A DNA stretch of 64,000 nt from positions 3,316 to 67,315 of the IMG/VR virus record IMGVR_UViG_3300011443_000002; one strand, written 5' to 3'. Every line of letters starts with the position of its first letter. Position 1 is the first letter of the stretch. Both the position numbers and the translations under genes were made by a program. The DNA comes from a virus. Positions 14,794-25,253 of the stretch are shown here, piece by piece. Under the pieces are notes generated by a model. The model was given only the letters and a program-made list of their open reading frames with translations. It was not told the DNA's origin and searched no databases.

Positions 14794-16323
14794 TTGGGAC
14801 ACAGCGTCACATTCGCAGATCCGGTAGCAGAGATCCGCTCAATTGAAGCGGAACTTCTCCGTCGTCTGCATCGCGAACAGCCTCATCGCTGGGTCGCGGA
14901 TCGTCTGGGTGAGACCATTTGGTCCGGCCAGCGAAAGGTGCTGTCGTCTCTTGCTTTGCATCGTCGCACAGCCGTCAAATCCTGCCACGAGATCGGCAAG
15001 AGTTTCATTGCCGCTCGAGCCATCGGCTGGTGGGTGGATACGCTCCCTCTCGGATCCTCATTCGTTGTCACGTCCGCTCCGACGGCTCCTCAAGTCGAAG
15101 CGATCCTCTGGCGTGAGTTTGGCCGTGTCCATTCCAAAGGCAATCTGGCTGGTCGTCTGAATCAGACAGAATGGTGGTTCTCTCCTGCGACTGGCAAGGA
15201 CGAACTTATCGCCTTCGGCCGGAAGCCTGCTGATACAGATCCCACAGCCTTTCAAGGCATCCATGCACCTTACGTCCTCTTCCTCCTGGACGAAGCGTGT
15301 GGCATCACTGGACCCTTGTGGGAAGCGGCAGACTCTCTCATCGCGAACGACAATTCCAAAGCACTCGTGATCGGCAATCCCGATGATCCGCAGACTCGGT
15401 TCGCCGAAGTGTGCAGACCGGGATCAGGCTGGAACGTCGTGGAGATCGGAGCGTTTGATACTCCGAACTTCACAGGTGAGAAACTTCCTCAGGACGTGCT
15501 CGATCAGTTGATCGGTAAGACATACGTTGAGGAGAAGCGGAAGCAATGGGCACCTCATTGGTTCTGGATCAACAGAGCAGGTGAACGCTGTGATGTAGAG
15601 AACGGTGTCCGTTGCGTATGTCCAGAGGACGAAGATCCGCAGGACACCGATCCTTACTGGCAGAGTAAGATCCTCGGTAAGTTCCCCAAGACGAGCGGCA
15701 TCAACGCTCTAATTCCAGAAAATTGGATCATCGCTGCACAGCATCGGGATCTAATTCCCGATACGCGTGAGAACGAACTTGGCCTGGACGTCGGAGGTGG
15801 AGGAGACTCTACCTGTGGCGCACATCGCCGTGGCGATGTCGTGCGGATCAAATGGGAAGATCACAATCCGGACACGATGGAAACCTGTGGCAACGCGATT
15901 GACCAGCGTCGCAAGCTCGGTGCCTCGCTTGTCAAGGTGGATGCCATCGGCATCGGACGTGGCGTCGCTGATCGCGCAAAGGAATTGAACGAGCCTTTCA
16001 TCGCTGTGGATGTTGGCAAGGCTGTAGAAGGCACGGATATTGAGGGACGTCCACTCTCGGACTTCTTCATCAACAAGCGTGCTTACTTCTATTGGAACCT
16101 TCGCACACGCTTTGAAGAAGGCCGAATTGATCTTGATCCGTATGATCAGGATCTTGCGAAGGAGCTTGCAGGACTTCGTTACAAGCGAACGTCCTCCGGT
16201 AAGATCCAGATCGAGTCCAAGGACGAGATGAAGAAACGCAAGATGCCTTCGCCCAACAGAGCCGAAGCCATCATGCTGTCTTTTGCTAAGGACGAAGAGT
16301 CCGATAACTCGGTGGTCTGGTAA
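14794..16323 (+). CDS. terL: Terminase large subunit
   Basis: Walker A SCHEIGKS, Walker B FLLDEA, nuclease GLDVGGGGD, DRAEA-like NRAEAIMLSF. Confidence 0.95.
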   Translation: MGHSVTFADPVAEIRSIEAELLRRLHREQPHRWVADRLGETIWSGQRKVLSSLALHRRTAVKSCHEIGKSFIAARAIGWWVDTLPLGSSFVVTSAPTAPQVEAILWREFGRVHSKGNLAGRLNQTEWWFSPATGKDELIAFGRKPADTDPTAFQGIHAPYVLFLLDEACGITGPLWEAADSLIANDNSKALVIGNPDDPQTRFAEVCRPGSGWNVVEIGAFDTPNFTGEKLPQDVLDQLIGKTYVEEKRKQWAPHWFWINRAGERCDVENGVRCVCPEDEDPQDTDPYWQSKILGKFPKTSGINALIPENWIIAAQHRDLIPDTRENELGLDVGGGGDSTCGAHRRGDVVRIKWEDHNPDTMETCGNAIDQRRKLGASLVKVDAIGIGRGVADRAKELNEPFIAVDVGKAVEGTDIEGRPLSDFFINKRAYFYWNLRTRFEEGRIDLDPYDQDLAKELAGLRYKRTSSGKIQIESKDEMKKRKMPSPNRAEAIMLSFAKDEESDNSVVW

Positions 16324-17750
16324 TGAACAATCCATTTCTCCGACTATTGGAATCGGCCTTGCTTTCTCGTGCGGAACTTGCCTCGAGAGCAGGCATCACG
16401 TTCGGTGGTAAGCGAGACACGTTCGAGGTGCTCGGCTTCACCAAGAACTTGACGCTAGACGATTATCGGCAGCGTTATGAGCGTAATTCGGTTGCTGGCC
16501 GTATCGTGGATGCCTTTCCTAGTGCCACGTTCCGAGGCACTGGTGGAGAGATCATCGAGAACGAAGACGTCGAAGTTGTGACGGCATTTGAGCAGGCATG
16601 GATGGACCTTGCGACACGGCTCGGTGTCTGGTCCGTGTTCAAACGTGCGGACATCCTTGCTGGTCTCGGTCGTTACGCTGTCATCCTGATCGGTGCTCCT
16701 GGCCTGTTGGATCAGCCACTCGCGAACCTGACCGCTGAGAACATCTTCTTCTTGCAGGCTTACGGAGAAGCTGATGCAGAGATCAAATCGTGGGAGAACG
16801 ATGCAACGTCTCCACGCTTCGGGAAGCCGACGCTTTACTCCCTCAAGCGTTTGACAGCGGACACGTCTCGGATCGCGAAGGACGTGCACTGGACTCGCAT
16901 CATCCACATTGCCGATGGCCTGTTGGATGATCACGTCTATGGACAGCCACGATTGAAGCGTGTCTGGAACGATCTGGACAACTTGGATAAGTTGACCGGA
17001 GGAGGCAGCGAAGCCTTCTGGCTCCGTGCACATCAAGGCTATCAGTTCGACGTGGACAAGGACTTGAAGCCGGATCCCAAAGAGAAAGAAGACATGCGGG
17101 ATCAGGTGGATGAATTCATCCATGGCATGCGTCGTGCTGTCCGGACTCGTGGCGTCACGATCGAGACGCTTGGATCTGATGTCGCGGATTTCAGCACGAA
17201 CGCAGACACGGTTCTGTCGTTGCTCTCGGCTGGCACAGGAATTCCCAAGCGGATCCTGATGGGATCGGAACGTGGCGAGCTTGCATCCACCCAGGATCGG
17301 GAGAATTGGACGGAGCGAGTGCAGGACAGGCGAGACGACTACGCTGGACCAATCGTCGTGCGTCAGTTCGTGGATCGTCTAATCGAGTTTGGTGCTCTGC
17401 CGAAGCCTGTCGAGTATGAAGTCCTCTGGCCCGCTGTGAACGATCTTACTGACGAACAGAAACTGGATGTCGCGGTCAAATACGCAACGGTCAATCAGGC
17501 AGCAGGTGAGACCGTCGTCACGGCAAATGAAATCCGGGACAAGGCTTTGGGCATGGAGCCGCTCGATCCTGAGGATCTCGAGGACGACGTTGAAGACGTT
17601 GAAGTGGACGACGAGGATGAGGACGAGGATCTAGACGAGGACGAAAACGAGCAGGGACTTCAGGCAGCGAGCCGTAACACAAAGATGGCCGTGCTCCGTC
17701 GGCGCAAGGCTCACGCGATCGCCTTCTATGTTCGGAAGAAGGCAGCGTGA
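16323..17750 (+). CDS. Portal protein (DUF1073/HI1409-like)
   Basis: Follows terL; GIPKRILMG-ERG-LAS-QD-NW motif; acidic C-terminal tract. Confidence 0.9.
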   Translation: MNNPFLRLLESALLSRAELASRAGITFGGKRDTFEVLGFTKNLTLDDYRQRYERNSVAGRIVDAFPSATFRGTGGEIIENEDVEVVTAFEQAWMDLATRLGVWSVFKRADILAGLGRYAVILIGAPGLLDQPLANLTAENIFFLQAYGEADAEIKSWENDATSPRFGKPTLYSLKRLTADTSRIAKDVHWTRIIHIADGLLDDHVYGQPRLKRVWNDLDNLDKLTGGGSEAFWLRAHQGYQFDVDKDLKPDPKEKEDMRDQVDEFIHGMRRAVRTRGVTIETLGSDVADFSTNADTVLSLLSAGTGIPKRILMGSERGELASTQDRENWTERVQDRRDDYAGPIVVRQFVDRLIEFGALPKPVEYEVLWPAVNDLTDEQKLDVAVKYATVNQAAGETVVTANEIRDKALGMEPLDPEDLEDDVEDVEVDDEDEDEDLDEDENEQGLQAASRNTKMAVLRRRKAHAIAFYVRKKAA

Positions 17751-18661
17751 ACGCTCTGCTTCGTGCAGCCGATAGATACGAAGGTCGGCTCAAAACAGTT
17801 ATCAATCGCTCGGTGTTAGAAGGTCGCAAGAAGATCTCCGTCTCTCGGTTGGCTCGTGCTTTGAAGCGTCGGGATCGTGCTGGCGCAGAACGTGAAACGC
17901 TGATGGCAGTAAACGCTATGACTAAGTCGCTCGAGACCGGCCTTCCGCCGGTGCTCATGTCGCTTGTCGTGGCTGGTGCAGGCATCGCGACGTCTACGCT
18001 CTCACGTGATGTGAACAATCTGAAGGCTGCACGACGCACGAGCGTCAAACTGAACTTCCGATTTGATCGCACCAATCCTCAGGCTGTTGCTTGGGTGGAG
18101 AAGCACGGCGCGGAACTTGTTACTGAGATCACGGATGAAACTCGGCGTGCTCTGCGTCGCATCATGACCAGAGCCTTTGTCGATGGCATCCCTCCGGTGC
18201 AGGCAGCGAAGCAAATTAGGAAGACTGTCGGTTTGACGTCAGCGGGAGAAGAGGCAGTCAATAACCTGAGGACTAAGATCCTCGAGAATCCCGGTGCACG
18301 AATCTATGCAGGCAAGGTGCCGATCCGTGTTCCGGAAAAGGGAATGAGTAAGAGCCGCTTGAGAGAAGTTCTCGCGTCTTACTCCGATCGTTTGGTGCGG
18401 CAGCGTTCGCTTCTTATCGCTCGCACCGAGACGATCAAGGCCAGCAACGAAGGTCAGAATCAACTGTGGAAACAGGCATCGCAGCAGGGTCTGCTTCCTC
18501 GGAATGCGAAGCGTGTGTGGCTGGCTGCTGGTGATGAACGCACGTGTCCGATTTGCAGCGAGCTTGACGGTAAGACGGCTCCGCTGAATGGGTCATTTGA
18601 AGGCAAGTTTGATGGACCTCCGGCTCATCCCGCTTGCCGATGCACGACAGGACTGGCCTAA
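17747..18661 (+). CDS. Mu gpF-like minor head protein
   Basis: IARTE...W-A-GDERTCPIC-ELDG...PPAHPACRC. Confidence 0.93.
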   Translation: MNALLRAADRYEGRLKTVINRSVLEGRKKISVSRLARALKRRDRAGAERETLMAVNAMTKSLETGLPPVLMSLVVAGAGIATSTLSRDVNNLKAARRTSVKLNFRFDRTNPQAVAWVEKHGAELVTEITDETRRALRRIMTRAFVDGIPPVQAAKQIRKTVGLTSAGEEAVNNLRTKILENPGARIYAGKVPIRVPEKGMSKSRLREVLASYSDRLVRQRSLLIARTETIKASNEGQNQLWKQASQQGLLPRNAKRVWLAAGDERTCPICSELDGKTAPLNGSFEGKFDGPPAHPACRCTTGLA

Positions 18662-18807
18662 TGTTGTATTCACTTTTCGTCGCGGCGATCTTGATCATCG
18701 TTGTGTTGGTGCTAGTGAAGAATCTCCTGCCTGAGCACTTCAGGCTGGCGTCCATCATCTGTTTCCTGCTGCTCCTGATCTGGATCGTGCGGCTGGTGCT
18801 GCTATGA
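18661..18807 (+). CDS. 48-aa two-TM peptide (below ORF-track cutoff)
   Basis: MLYSLFVAAILIIVVLVLVKNLLPEHFRLASIICFLLLLIWIVRLVLL; TAATG and ATGA coupling. Confidence 0.7.
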   Translation: MLYSLFVAAILIIVVLVLVKNLLPEHFRLASIICFLLLLIWIVRLVLL

Positions 18808-20393
18808 AAACGCTGCACACATTCGTGCTCGCTGCCAAGTCAAACGGGCAACTTCGTGTCGCGACCTTCCAGGATCGCGAACATATCGTGGTGCCTGTTG
18901 TCATGATGGTGGAGGGAGTGGTTCACGCTGTGAATTCTCCACATCCTGACTTGGTGCTGCGTGAGGAATTCAGTAAGAACTTCAAAGGCTGGAATGGACG
19001 TCCTGTTGTGGGCGGACATCCTTACCTGCATGGAGAGCCGATCTCGGCCAACGATCCCACGACGCTGGAGGCTAACGCTTTCGGCTCGGTGTTCAACACC
19101 GATGTCAAGGGTGATCGTCTCGTGGCGGAATTGTGGATTGATCCAGTAAGAGCGGCGAAGCCTGGATCAATTGGCGAACGCGCACTCGAGCGGATCAAAT
19201 CGGGAGACGAAATCCTCGAGGTTTCCGTGGGTGTTTTCGCATCCACCGAAAAGAAGCCGGGAGTCTTCAAAGGTAAGAACTATGAAGGCATCTGGCGCGA
19301 CTACGTTCCTGATCACCTTGCTGTCCTGGCCGAAGGTGATATTGGTGCTTGCAGTGTCGAAATGGGATGTGGTGCGATGAGAGCCGCAACCGTGCATCTC
19401 GTAACTGCTGGAGGGATTCAGGCTCTGCATCAGGAGGTCGAAGTGTCCAATACAAGTAAGTCGCAGAGCATCAAGGAACGGTTCAAATCGTTTCTTGCGT
19501 CTCTTACGGCAGAACTCAACACTGCTGCCGATGTCGGCGACAGCGATGTGAGGTCTGCGCTGAATCGCAAGCTCCGTGAAGTGGAGCCTGGATTCCTCGG
19601 TGTCGAAGAGGTCTTTTCGGCCACGAACAAAGTCGTCTATGCCACGATGCCATCGGATAAGTTCACGCTTGTCCGTCGGTCTTTCACCGTGGATGGAGCG
19701 GACGTGTCCATCGGAGACGATCCCGAAGAAGTGCAGTTCGTGCAGTCTTTCGAGCCTATTGCAGCAACGGAGCATGCAACCGTGAAGGCCGCTTGTGGAT
19801 GTAGCGGTCACGTCGATTCAAACAACGCTGTATCCACAGCATCAGGAGAAGCACTCATGACCAAGTCCGATCGCATCAACGCTCTCATCGCTTCCAAGAA
19901 GCTCGGTCCGGCTCTGACGGCAACCGTTCTGGAAGCCTTCACGGATGAACAGCTGACGGCTGTGGAGAAGGCTGCTGCCGACGCTCCGGAGCCTGCTGCT
20001 GTCGTCCCTGCTGCACAGCCTGTCGCCGCTGCTGCCGCTCCTGCGATCGTTGCTGCTGCCTCGGAGCAGACGACGGAGCAGTTCATCAACGCGGCTCCTG
20101 CCGAAGTCCAGGAAGGTCTGCGTGAGGCTGTCCGCGTCACGAAGGAACGTCGCACGATGCTGGTCTCGCGTCTCAAGGCGAGCGGTCGCAGTGACTATAC
20201 GGATGCCGAGCTCAACGCTCTGACGATCCACGGTCTCGAGCGTCTCGCGAAGTTGGCCGGTGTCCAGATGATCGCTGCCTCGGATGTCCCGGTGGACTTC
20301 AGTGCTCTCGGGATGCCGCGTCAGGAGAACAGCAACACGATTGACGCTGCTCCGAGTTTGACCGAGCGTCTCGTGGCGAACGCGAAGAAGTAA
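18804..20393 (+). CDS. Prohead protease-scaffold fusion (DUF2213-like)
   Basis: LEVSVG, DHLAVL-EG-IGACS-EMGCG; Ala-rich scaffold C-terminus. Confidence 0.88.
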   Translation: MKTLHTFVLAAKSNGQLRVATFQDREHIVVPVVMMVEGVVHAVNSPHPDLVLREEFSKNFKGWNGRPVVGGHPYLHGEPISANDPTTLEANAFGSVFNTDVKGDRLVAELWIDPVRAAKPGSIGERALERIKSGDEILEVSVGVFASTEKKPGVFKGKNYEGIWRDYVPDHLAVLAEGDIGACSVEMGCGAMRAATVHLVTAGGIQALHQEVEVSNTSKSQSIKERFKSFLASLTAELNTAADVGDSDVRSALNRKLREVEPGFLGVEEVFSATNKVVYATMPSDKFTLVRRSFTVDGADVSIGDDPEEVQFVQSFEPIAATEHATVKAACGCSGHVDSNNAVSTASGEALMTKSDRINALIASKKLGPALTATVLEAFTDEQLTAVEKAAADAPEPAAVVPAAQPVAAAAAPAIVAAASEQTTEQFINAAPAEVQEGLREAVRVTKERRTMLVSRLKASGRSDYTDAELNALTIHGLERLAKLAGVQMIAASDVPVDFSALGMPRQENSNTIDAAPSLTERLVANAKK

Positions 20394-20433
20394 GACGGCT
20401 GAAACCTAGCAGCCTACTAACAAGGAGAACATC

Positions 20434-20850
20434 ATGAATCAGCGAGTCATCAAGCTGCTCGGCGAGCCGACCCAGAACGAGGATCATGCCGCATCAGAGG
20501 CAATCACTCCCGGTCATCTCATCGAGCGTCTGTCCACCAACGAAGTGCGCAAGCATGCGACTGCCGCCGGAAACACGGCTCGCATGTTCGCACTCGAACG
20601 CGAAGAGATGGGACAGGGAGTCGAGGTCGATTACGCGATCGGCGACAAGGTCAAGGCAGGGACGTTCCCTCCTGGCACTCGCGTTGCTGCCTATCTCGCG
20701 TCCGGTCAGAACGTCAACATCGGTGACAAGCTCGAATCGGCTGGCAACGGCACGCTTCGGATCCTTGCAGCCGGTGTGGCTCTGGCCACGTCGTGCGAAG
20801 ACACTGGTGCTCTGACGGTTGCCACTCGTGTGGCCGTGGAGATTCTGTAA
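20434..20850 (+). CDS. Head decoration protein
   Basis: Position between scaffold and MCP; ITPGHLIE...LESAGNGTLR. Confidence 0.8.
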   Translation: MNQRVIKLLGEPTQNEDHAASEAITPGHLIERLSTNEVRKHATAAGNTARMFALEREEMGQGVEVDYAIGDKVKAGTFPPGTRVAAYLASGQNVNIGDKLESAGNGTLRILAAGVALATSCEDTGALTVATRVAVEIL

Positions 20851-20891
20851 TAGCGATCTGCATTTGATCGCACAACGTCAAGGAGATCACT

Positions 20892-21911
20892 ATGAATCAG
20901 AGTTCCCATGCCACGATCGATTCGCCACGTGGCTTCATGTCAGGCAGCACTGGCCTGTGGGCTGGACAGCAGTTCATCAAGGCAGCGATGGCAGGCAAGG
21001 GTCTGTCGCCATCCGCTCTTCGCGTCGCCGAAGTTTTGACGCGTGATGAGTGGAAGGTGCTGGACACCGAGATCATCGCCGAAGCGGAGATTCGTCTCCG
21101 TGCAGTCGCTGATCTTATCGCTGCTGGTCTGGTCAAGCGAATCCCGAACGGTCTTGCGAAGACCGTGCTGGAATACCAGACGATCGGCGACATGGATCCG
21201 GCCATCGTCTCGCTGGACGGTGTGACGCGGAGCATGAACGATCGCGTCGAGTTTGGTTCGGCTGGCATTCCGCTGCCCATCACGCACAAGGACTTCTATC
21301 TGAACCTTCGTGCGTTGCTGGCGTCGCGATCGTCAGGTGAAGCACTCGACACGACGCACGTTCGTGTTGCGTCGCGCAAGGTCGCCGAGACGACGGAGTC
21401 CATGCTGTTCAACGGTGGACCGACGTTCGGTGGTCTGCCGATCTACGGTCTGACCACGCATCCGAATCGCATGTCCTCCGGCTTCGCTGGTGGCGTGTCG
21501 TGGGATGATCCGGCGAAGACTGGTGCGTCCATCGTCACGGATGTCGGCACGATGCTGTCGGCCTTCGAATCGCAGTCCATGTTCGGTCCATACATGATCT
21601 ATGTCGGATCGGGCGGATCGCTCAAGCTGCAGGAGGACTACAAGACGGAGAGTGATGTCACGATCCGTGAACGTGTCCTTCAGTTCGACAACATCCAGGG
21701 GATCCGCGTTGTCGATCAGTTGGCTGCTGGCGAAGTCGTGATGGTCCAGATGACTCCCGACGTCGTTCAGATGGTCGAAGGCGAGCCGCTTCAGACCGTG
21801 CAGTGGGACGTGCATGGTGGTTTCCAGATCAACTTCAAGGTCATGACGATCCTCGTTCCGCTCGTGCGTGCGGACGCTGGTGGTCTGGTCGGCGTCTATC
21901 ACATGGCGTAA
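20892..21911 (+). CDS. Major capsid protein (HK97 fold, encapsulin/Linocin_M18-like)
   Basis: LTRDEWKVLD, PLPITHKDF-L-LR-L-ASR; strong SD and optimal codons. Confidence 0.92.
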   Translation: MNQSSHATIDSPRGFMSGSTGLWAGQQFIKAAMAGKGLSPSALRVAEVLTRDEWKVLDTEIIAEAEIRLRAVADLIAAGLVKRIPNGLAKTVLEYQTIGDMDPAIVSLDGVTRSMNDRVEFGSAGIPLPITHKDFYLNLRALLASRSSGEALDTTHVRVASRKVAETTESMLFNGGPTFGGLPIYGLTTHPNRMSSGFAGGVSWDDPAKTGASIVTDVGTMLSAFESQSMFGPYMIYVGSGGSLKLQEDYKTESDVTIRERVLQFDNIQGIRVVDQLAAGEVVMVQMTPDVVQMVEGEPLQTVQWDVHGGFQINFKVMTILVPLVRADAGGLVGVYHMA

Positions 21912-21917
21912 TGTGGA

Positions 21918-21952
21918 GGGAGCGATCTAAGTAAGAAGGTAAGATCGCTCCC
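21918..21952 (+). terminator. 11-bp hairpin after MCP
   Basis: GGGAGCGATCT-N13-AGATCGCTCCC; no U tract. Confidence 0.55.
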
Positions 21953-21974
21953 ATCACAGAAAAGGAGATCAAAC

Positions 21975-22208
21975 ATGTCTGGAATCGTCAAGGGACGCGT
22001 CAAGAAGGGAGCCAACTTCCGTGTCGCAGGACAGAAGGTGGCAGAAGGCACGATCGTGGACTTGACTCCGCGACAGGTGAAGGCTTTCAAGAATCAGTTC
22101 GAGCTTGTCGGCTCCGTCGAGGATGCTCACATGCAGCAGACTTCTGGTCAGCCGAGTGCTGCTCAGACGCTCGCTCCCGCGAAGCCTGCCGCGAAGGCAG
22201 AGAAGTAA
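21975..22208 (+). CDS. Small head-associated protein
   Basis: AAGGAG SD; position after MCP. Confidence 0.7.
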   Translation: MSGIVKGRVKKGANFRVAGQKVAEGTIVDLTPRQVKAFKNQFELVGSVEDAHMQQTSGQPSAAQTLAPAKPAAKAEK

Positions 22209-22223
22209 GAAGGAGCAGACGAC

Positions 22224-22742
22224 ATGGCTCTCAACGCAACACCGGGATCACCAACAGCGGACAGTTACGCGACTGTCGCCGAAGGTGACGCTTATCACGA
22301 CACGTCTTTGTTTGCCACAGGCTGGACTGGTGCTGTCCTGGCTGACAAAGAACGTGCCTTGAAGATGGCCACTCGTCTGCTCGATTCATATTACACGTGG
22401 CTCGGTCAGAGAACCTTCTCTGATCAGGCTCTTGGCTTTCCGCGCACTGGCCTGTTTCGTGATACGACGATTGTCGTGGACTCGGCGACGATTCCGCCTG
22501 AGATCCGAAACGCCACAGCGGAATTCGGGAAGTTTCTACTGGCAAATGACCCTAATCAGCAGAATGAAGCGGCTGCACAGGGGATCACCAAGATCAAAGT
22601 CAGCACAATTGAACTGACGTTCAAGGATGTAATCGAGTCTAAGTCCATCCCGGATTTCATCGACCTCATGATTCCTGAAGAGTGGTATGTCGGTGGAGTC
22701 GTTGAAGACGACCTCAAATCCTCCATCTTTGAGATCGTATGA
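22224..22742 (+). CDS. Head-tail adaptor
   Basis: ADSYATVAE-D-YH...Q-L-FPR...IP-EI-NATAE pattern. Confidence 0.85.
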   Translation: MALNATPGSPTADSYATVAEGDAYHDTSLFATGWTGAVLADKERALKMATRLLDSYYTWLGQRTFSDQALGFPRTGLFRDTTIVVDSATIPPEIRNATAEFGKFLLANDPNQQNEAAAQGITKIKVSTIELTFKDVIESKSIPDFIDLMIPEEWYVGGVVEDDLKSSIFEIV

Positions 22743-23200
22743 GCCTCAATTCCATCATCCGTGCCGGTGTGGCTGTTGCTAACAGCGTCACAGCGGACTT
22801 ACAGGGGACAGTGACTCACGCTGCCTGGATTCGCCAGGACGAAATGGGTGCTGCTGTCTACGGCAGACGTGTTGAAGGACTCGACATCTACGGCGAAGCG
22901 GATGCCATCGGTGTCGCGACGCCACGTCAGGCTGTGATCGAATTGAAACAGCGTGCTCGAGAGGTGCAGGGAAGACACATTCTAACTTTCGCCCATTTGA
23001 CCTTCGTTGGTCCGATCCCTGTCAACGGTATGACAGACGCACGTAAGGAAGCGGTCGATCCTCGTGACGTGTTTGTTCTGCCTGATGGTAAGACCGGACC
23101 AGTGGTGGACGTCGAAGGTGTTGTGGATGCTGAGACTGGTTTGATGTATGCCGTGGAAGTGTGGCTCGGTGACATCAGCCGTGTCGGAGGAGCACAGTGA
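22739..23200 (+). CDS. Head closure (stopper)-like protein
   Basis: Position and size. Confidence 0.6.
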   Translation: MSLNSIIRAGVAVANSVTADLQGTVTHAAWIRQDEMGAAVYGRRVEGLDIYGEADAIGVATPRQAVIELKQRAREVQGRHILTFAHLTFVGPIPVNGMTDARKEAVDPRDVFVLPDGKTGPVVDVEGVVDAETGLMYAVEVWLGDISRVGGAQ

Positions 23201-24456
23201 CCTCTGATCTGACAATCCTGTGTGTGAGCAAGGGCGAGCCTTACACGAAGGAATTCTTCCGGCATTTCATGCTTGTCGCCGATGAGATCGGCGCTGAAGT
23301 TGTCCTTGCTCTCGACCATCCATCCGAGAGTGGCTCGGTTAGTGAGATGTGGACAGCTAAGAATGTGCGTTGGATTCGAGTCAAGTCAAGCGGATTCATC
23401 GAGTCAGTTCTGGACGAAGCCATCAGCAAGTGCCGCACGAAGTTCGTGCTTAGGCTGGACGACGATGAGAAGTGCTCACCTGCTCTCGTTCGCTGGCTCA
23501 AAGAAGGCAAGTATCTAGCAGCGTCGCACTGGAAGTTCCCACGTGTCCATCTCTGGAAGGATCAGCACACGTTCATCAACGCTGTGCCGCTCTGGCCTGA
23601 TCACCAGACACGTCTGTCGCTCAAGGAATTGAGCGGAGGACGCACGACAGTGCATGCAGGCAGTCCCTTCGGTGGAGGGACGTTGTGTCCTCATCCAATT
23701 GAGCATCACAAGTTCTTGGTGAAGGATCACGCCGAACGTCTCGCGATTGCCACTCGATATGAAGCCGTCCAGGCCGGTGCAGGCAGTCAGGGAATGTTGG
23801 CGTTCAACGATCCAGAGGCTTACTACAGCATGTCTCTGCCGCTCTCACCTTACGGAGAGACGGACGTTGTCAACAATGCGCTGACGGTTGCAGGCACGAT
23901 CGGCATGCACCAGCATGACGAAGAGATTCGGCCGTTTGCGGAGTGGCTCGCCACGAGACAGCCGCACCACGTCATTGAGATCGGCACGCTGAAAGGTGGA
24001 ACGGCTGCTCTCTGGCATGAGCTCTGCACAGGCACGGTTGTGAGTGTGGACCTTCCGAGCGGACGCTTCGGTGGAGCGGATCACGGATACAACGAAGAGG
24101 CTGTGCTCAAGCGGAATCAGACGCTGCAGAACAAGTTTCACAGGCTGCACTGTCTGTCGGCCAACAGCCACAGCAAGGAAACTCCGGAGCTTGTGCATTA
24201 CCTTCTGAAAGAGGAGCAGGCGGATTTTCTCTTCATTGACGGAGACCATACTTACGAAGGAGTCAAGGCGGACTTCGAGATGTATGCTCCGCTCGTGCGT
24301 CCCGGAGGTATCATCGCATTGCATGACGTGTTGGACACGCCAGTGCATCGCAGTGCAGGCTGTTACGTGAACAAGTTCTGGAATGAGTTGCCTCCGCACA
24401 AGGCTCTCTTTTCGTGCAATGGTCCATGGGGCGGAATCGGAGTGACGTTCCGATGA
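23197..24456 (+). CDS. GT-A glycosyltransferase fused to class I SAM methyltransferase (Methyltransf_24-like)
   Basis: LRLDDDE (DxD) and WPDHQTRL; IEIGTLKGGT, FLFIDGDHTYEGVKADF, PGGIIALHD. Confidence 0.9.
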   Translation: MTSDLTILCVSKGEPYTKEFFRHFMLVADEIGAEVVLALDHPSESGSVSEMWTAKNVRWIRVKSSGFIESVLDEAISKCRTKFVLRLDDDEKCSPALVRWLKEGKYLAASHWKFPRVHLWKDQHTFINAVPLWPDHQTRLSLKELSGGRTTVHAGSPFGGGTLCPHPIEHHKFLVKDHAERLAIATRYEAVQAGAGSQGMLAFNDPEAYYSMSLPLSPYGETDVVNNALTVAGTIGMHQHDEEIRPFAEWLATRQPHHVIEIGTLKGGTAALWHELCTGTVVSVDLPSGRFGGADHGYNEEAVLKRNQTLQNKFHRLHCLSANSHSKETPELVHYLLKEEQADFLFIDGDHTYEGVKADFEMYAPLVRPGGIIALHDVLDTPVHRSAGCYVNKFWNELPPHKALFSCNGPWGGIGVTFR

Positions 24457-25253
24457 TCACTCTGCCGCATCTCGAGACTAACGTGACCGTGGCCTGTCAG
24501 CTTCGGTGCGTGAGTTGCAATCACTTCGTTGCTCTCCAGGCTAACGAAGCTCGGAAACGCTTGGCTGATCCGGTGCAAGTCTATGATGATCTTGCTACGT
24601 TATCCAAGTTCGTTCATACAGATGCTTGGGGTGCTTTGGGTGGCGAGCCTCTGCTTCACCCTAATCTCGTGGATGTTCTAACGGCTGCACAAAAGAGCCG
24701 TATTGCAGACGTCATCGAGGTCTGGACCAATGGCATCGCTGTCCGTAAGATGGGTCCAGCGTTCTGGGATTCATTTGATCGTCTGGTGCTGTCCGTCTAT
24801 CCAGGCACGTTAGACGATGCAGAGATCGATTGGATCAAGGCAGCGTGCGTAGAGGCACAGGTGGAGTGTAGTGTCAAAGATGAACGAGTCGTCCCGAATT
24901 TTGAACGTCTACTGGAGCCATCACGATCTGCGCCTGCTGAGACACTTGCAAAGTATCGAGCGTGCTTCTTTAAGGACTACTCTCGCGTTGCAGATAACGG
25001 CTTTTTCTATCGTTGTTGCACTAGTCCTTTCATTCCTCGGTTACTTCTAGGACTGCCGGAAGGCACCGATGGAATTCGCATTTCGGATCTCACGGAATCG
25101 GCCTTGTTCATGTTCTTAGGTCAGCGTGAGGCACCAGCAAGTTGTCAGGTATGCTCCGGATTAGATCCGGCCATTCGTCGTCGCGTGGATTGGAAAGAAG
25201 AACGCAACCCTGAACGCTGGCTCGAGGCTTCTAAGAGCGAAAGAAAGATATGA
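24453..25253 (+). CDS. Radical SAM enzyme
   Basis: CQLRCVSC (CxxxCxxC), LGGEPLLHP, WTNG; extra C-terminal Cys; ATGA coupling. Confidence 0.9.
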   Translation: MITLPHLETNVTVACQLRCVSCNHFVALQANEARKRLADPVQVYDDLATLSKFVHTDAWGALGGEPLLHPNLVDVLTAAQKSRIADVIEVWTNGIAVRKMGPAFWDSFDRLVLSVYPGTLDDAEIDWIKAACVEAQVECSVKDERVVPNFERLLEPSRSAPAETLAKYRACFFKDYSRVADNGFFYRCCTSPFIPRLLLGLPEGTDGIRISDLTESALFMFLGQREAPASCQVCSGLDPAIRRRVDWKEERNPERWLEASKSERKI

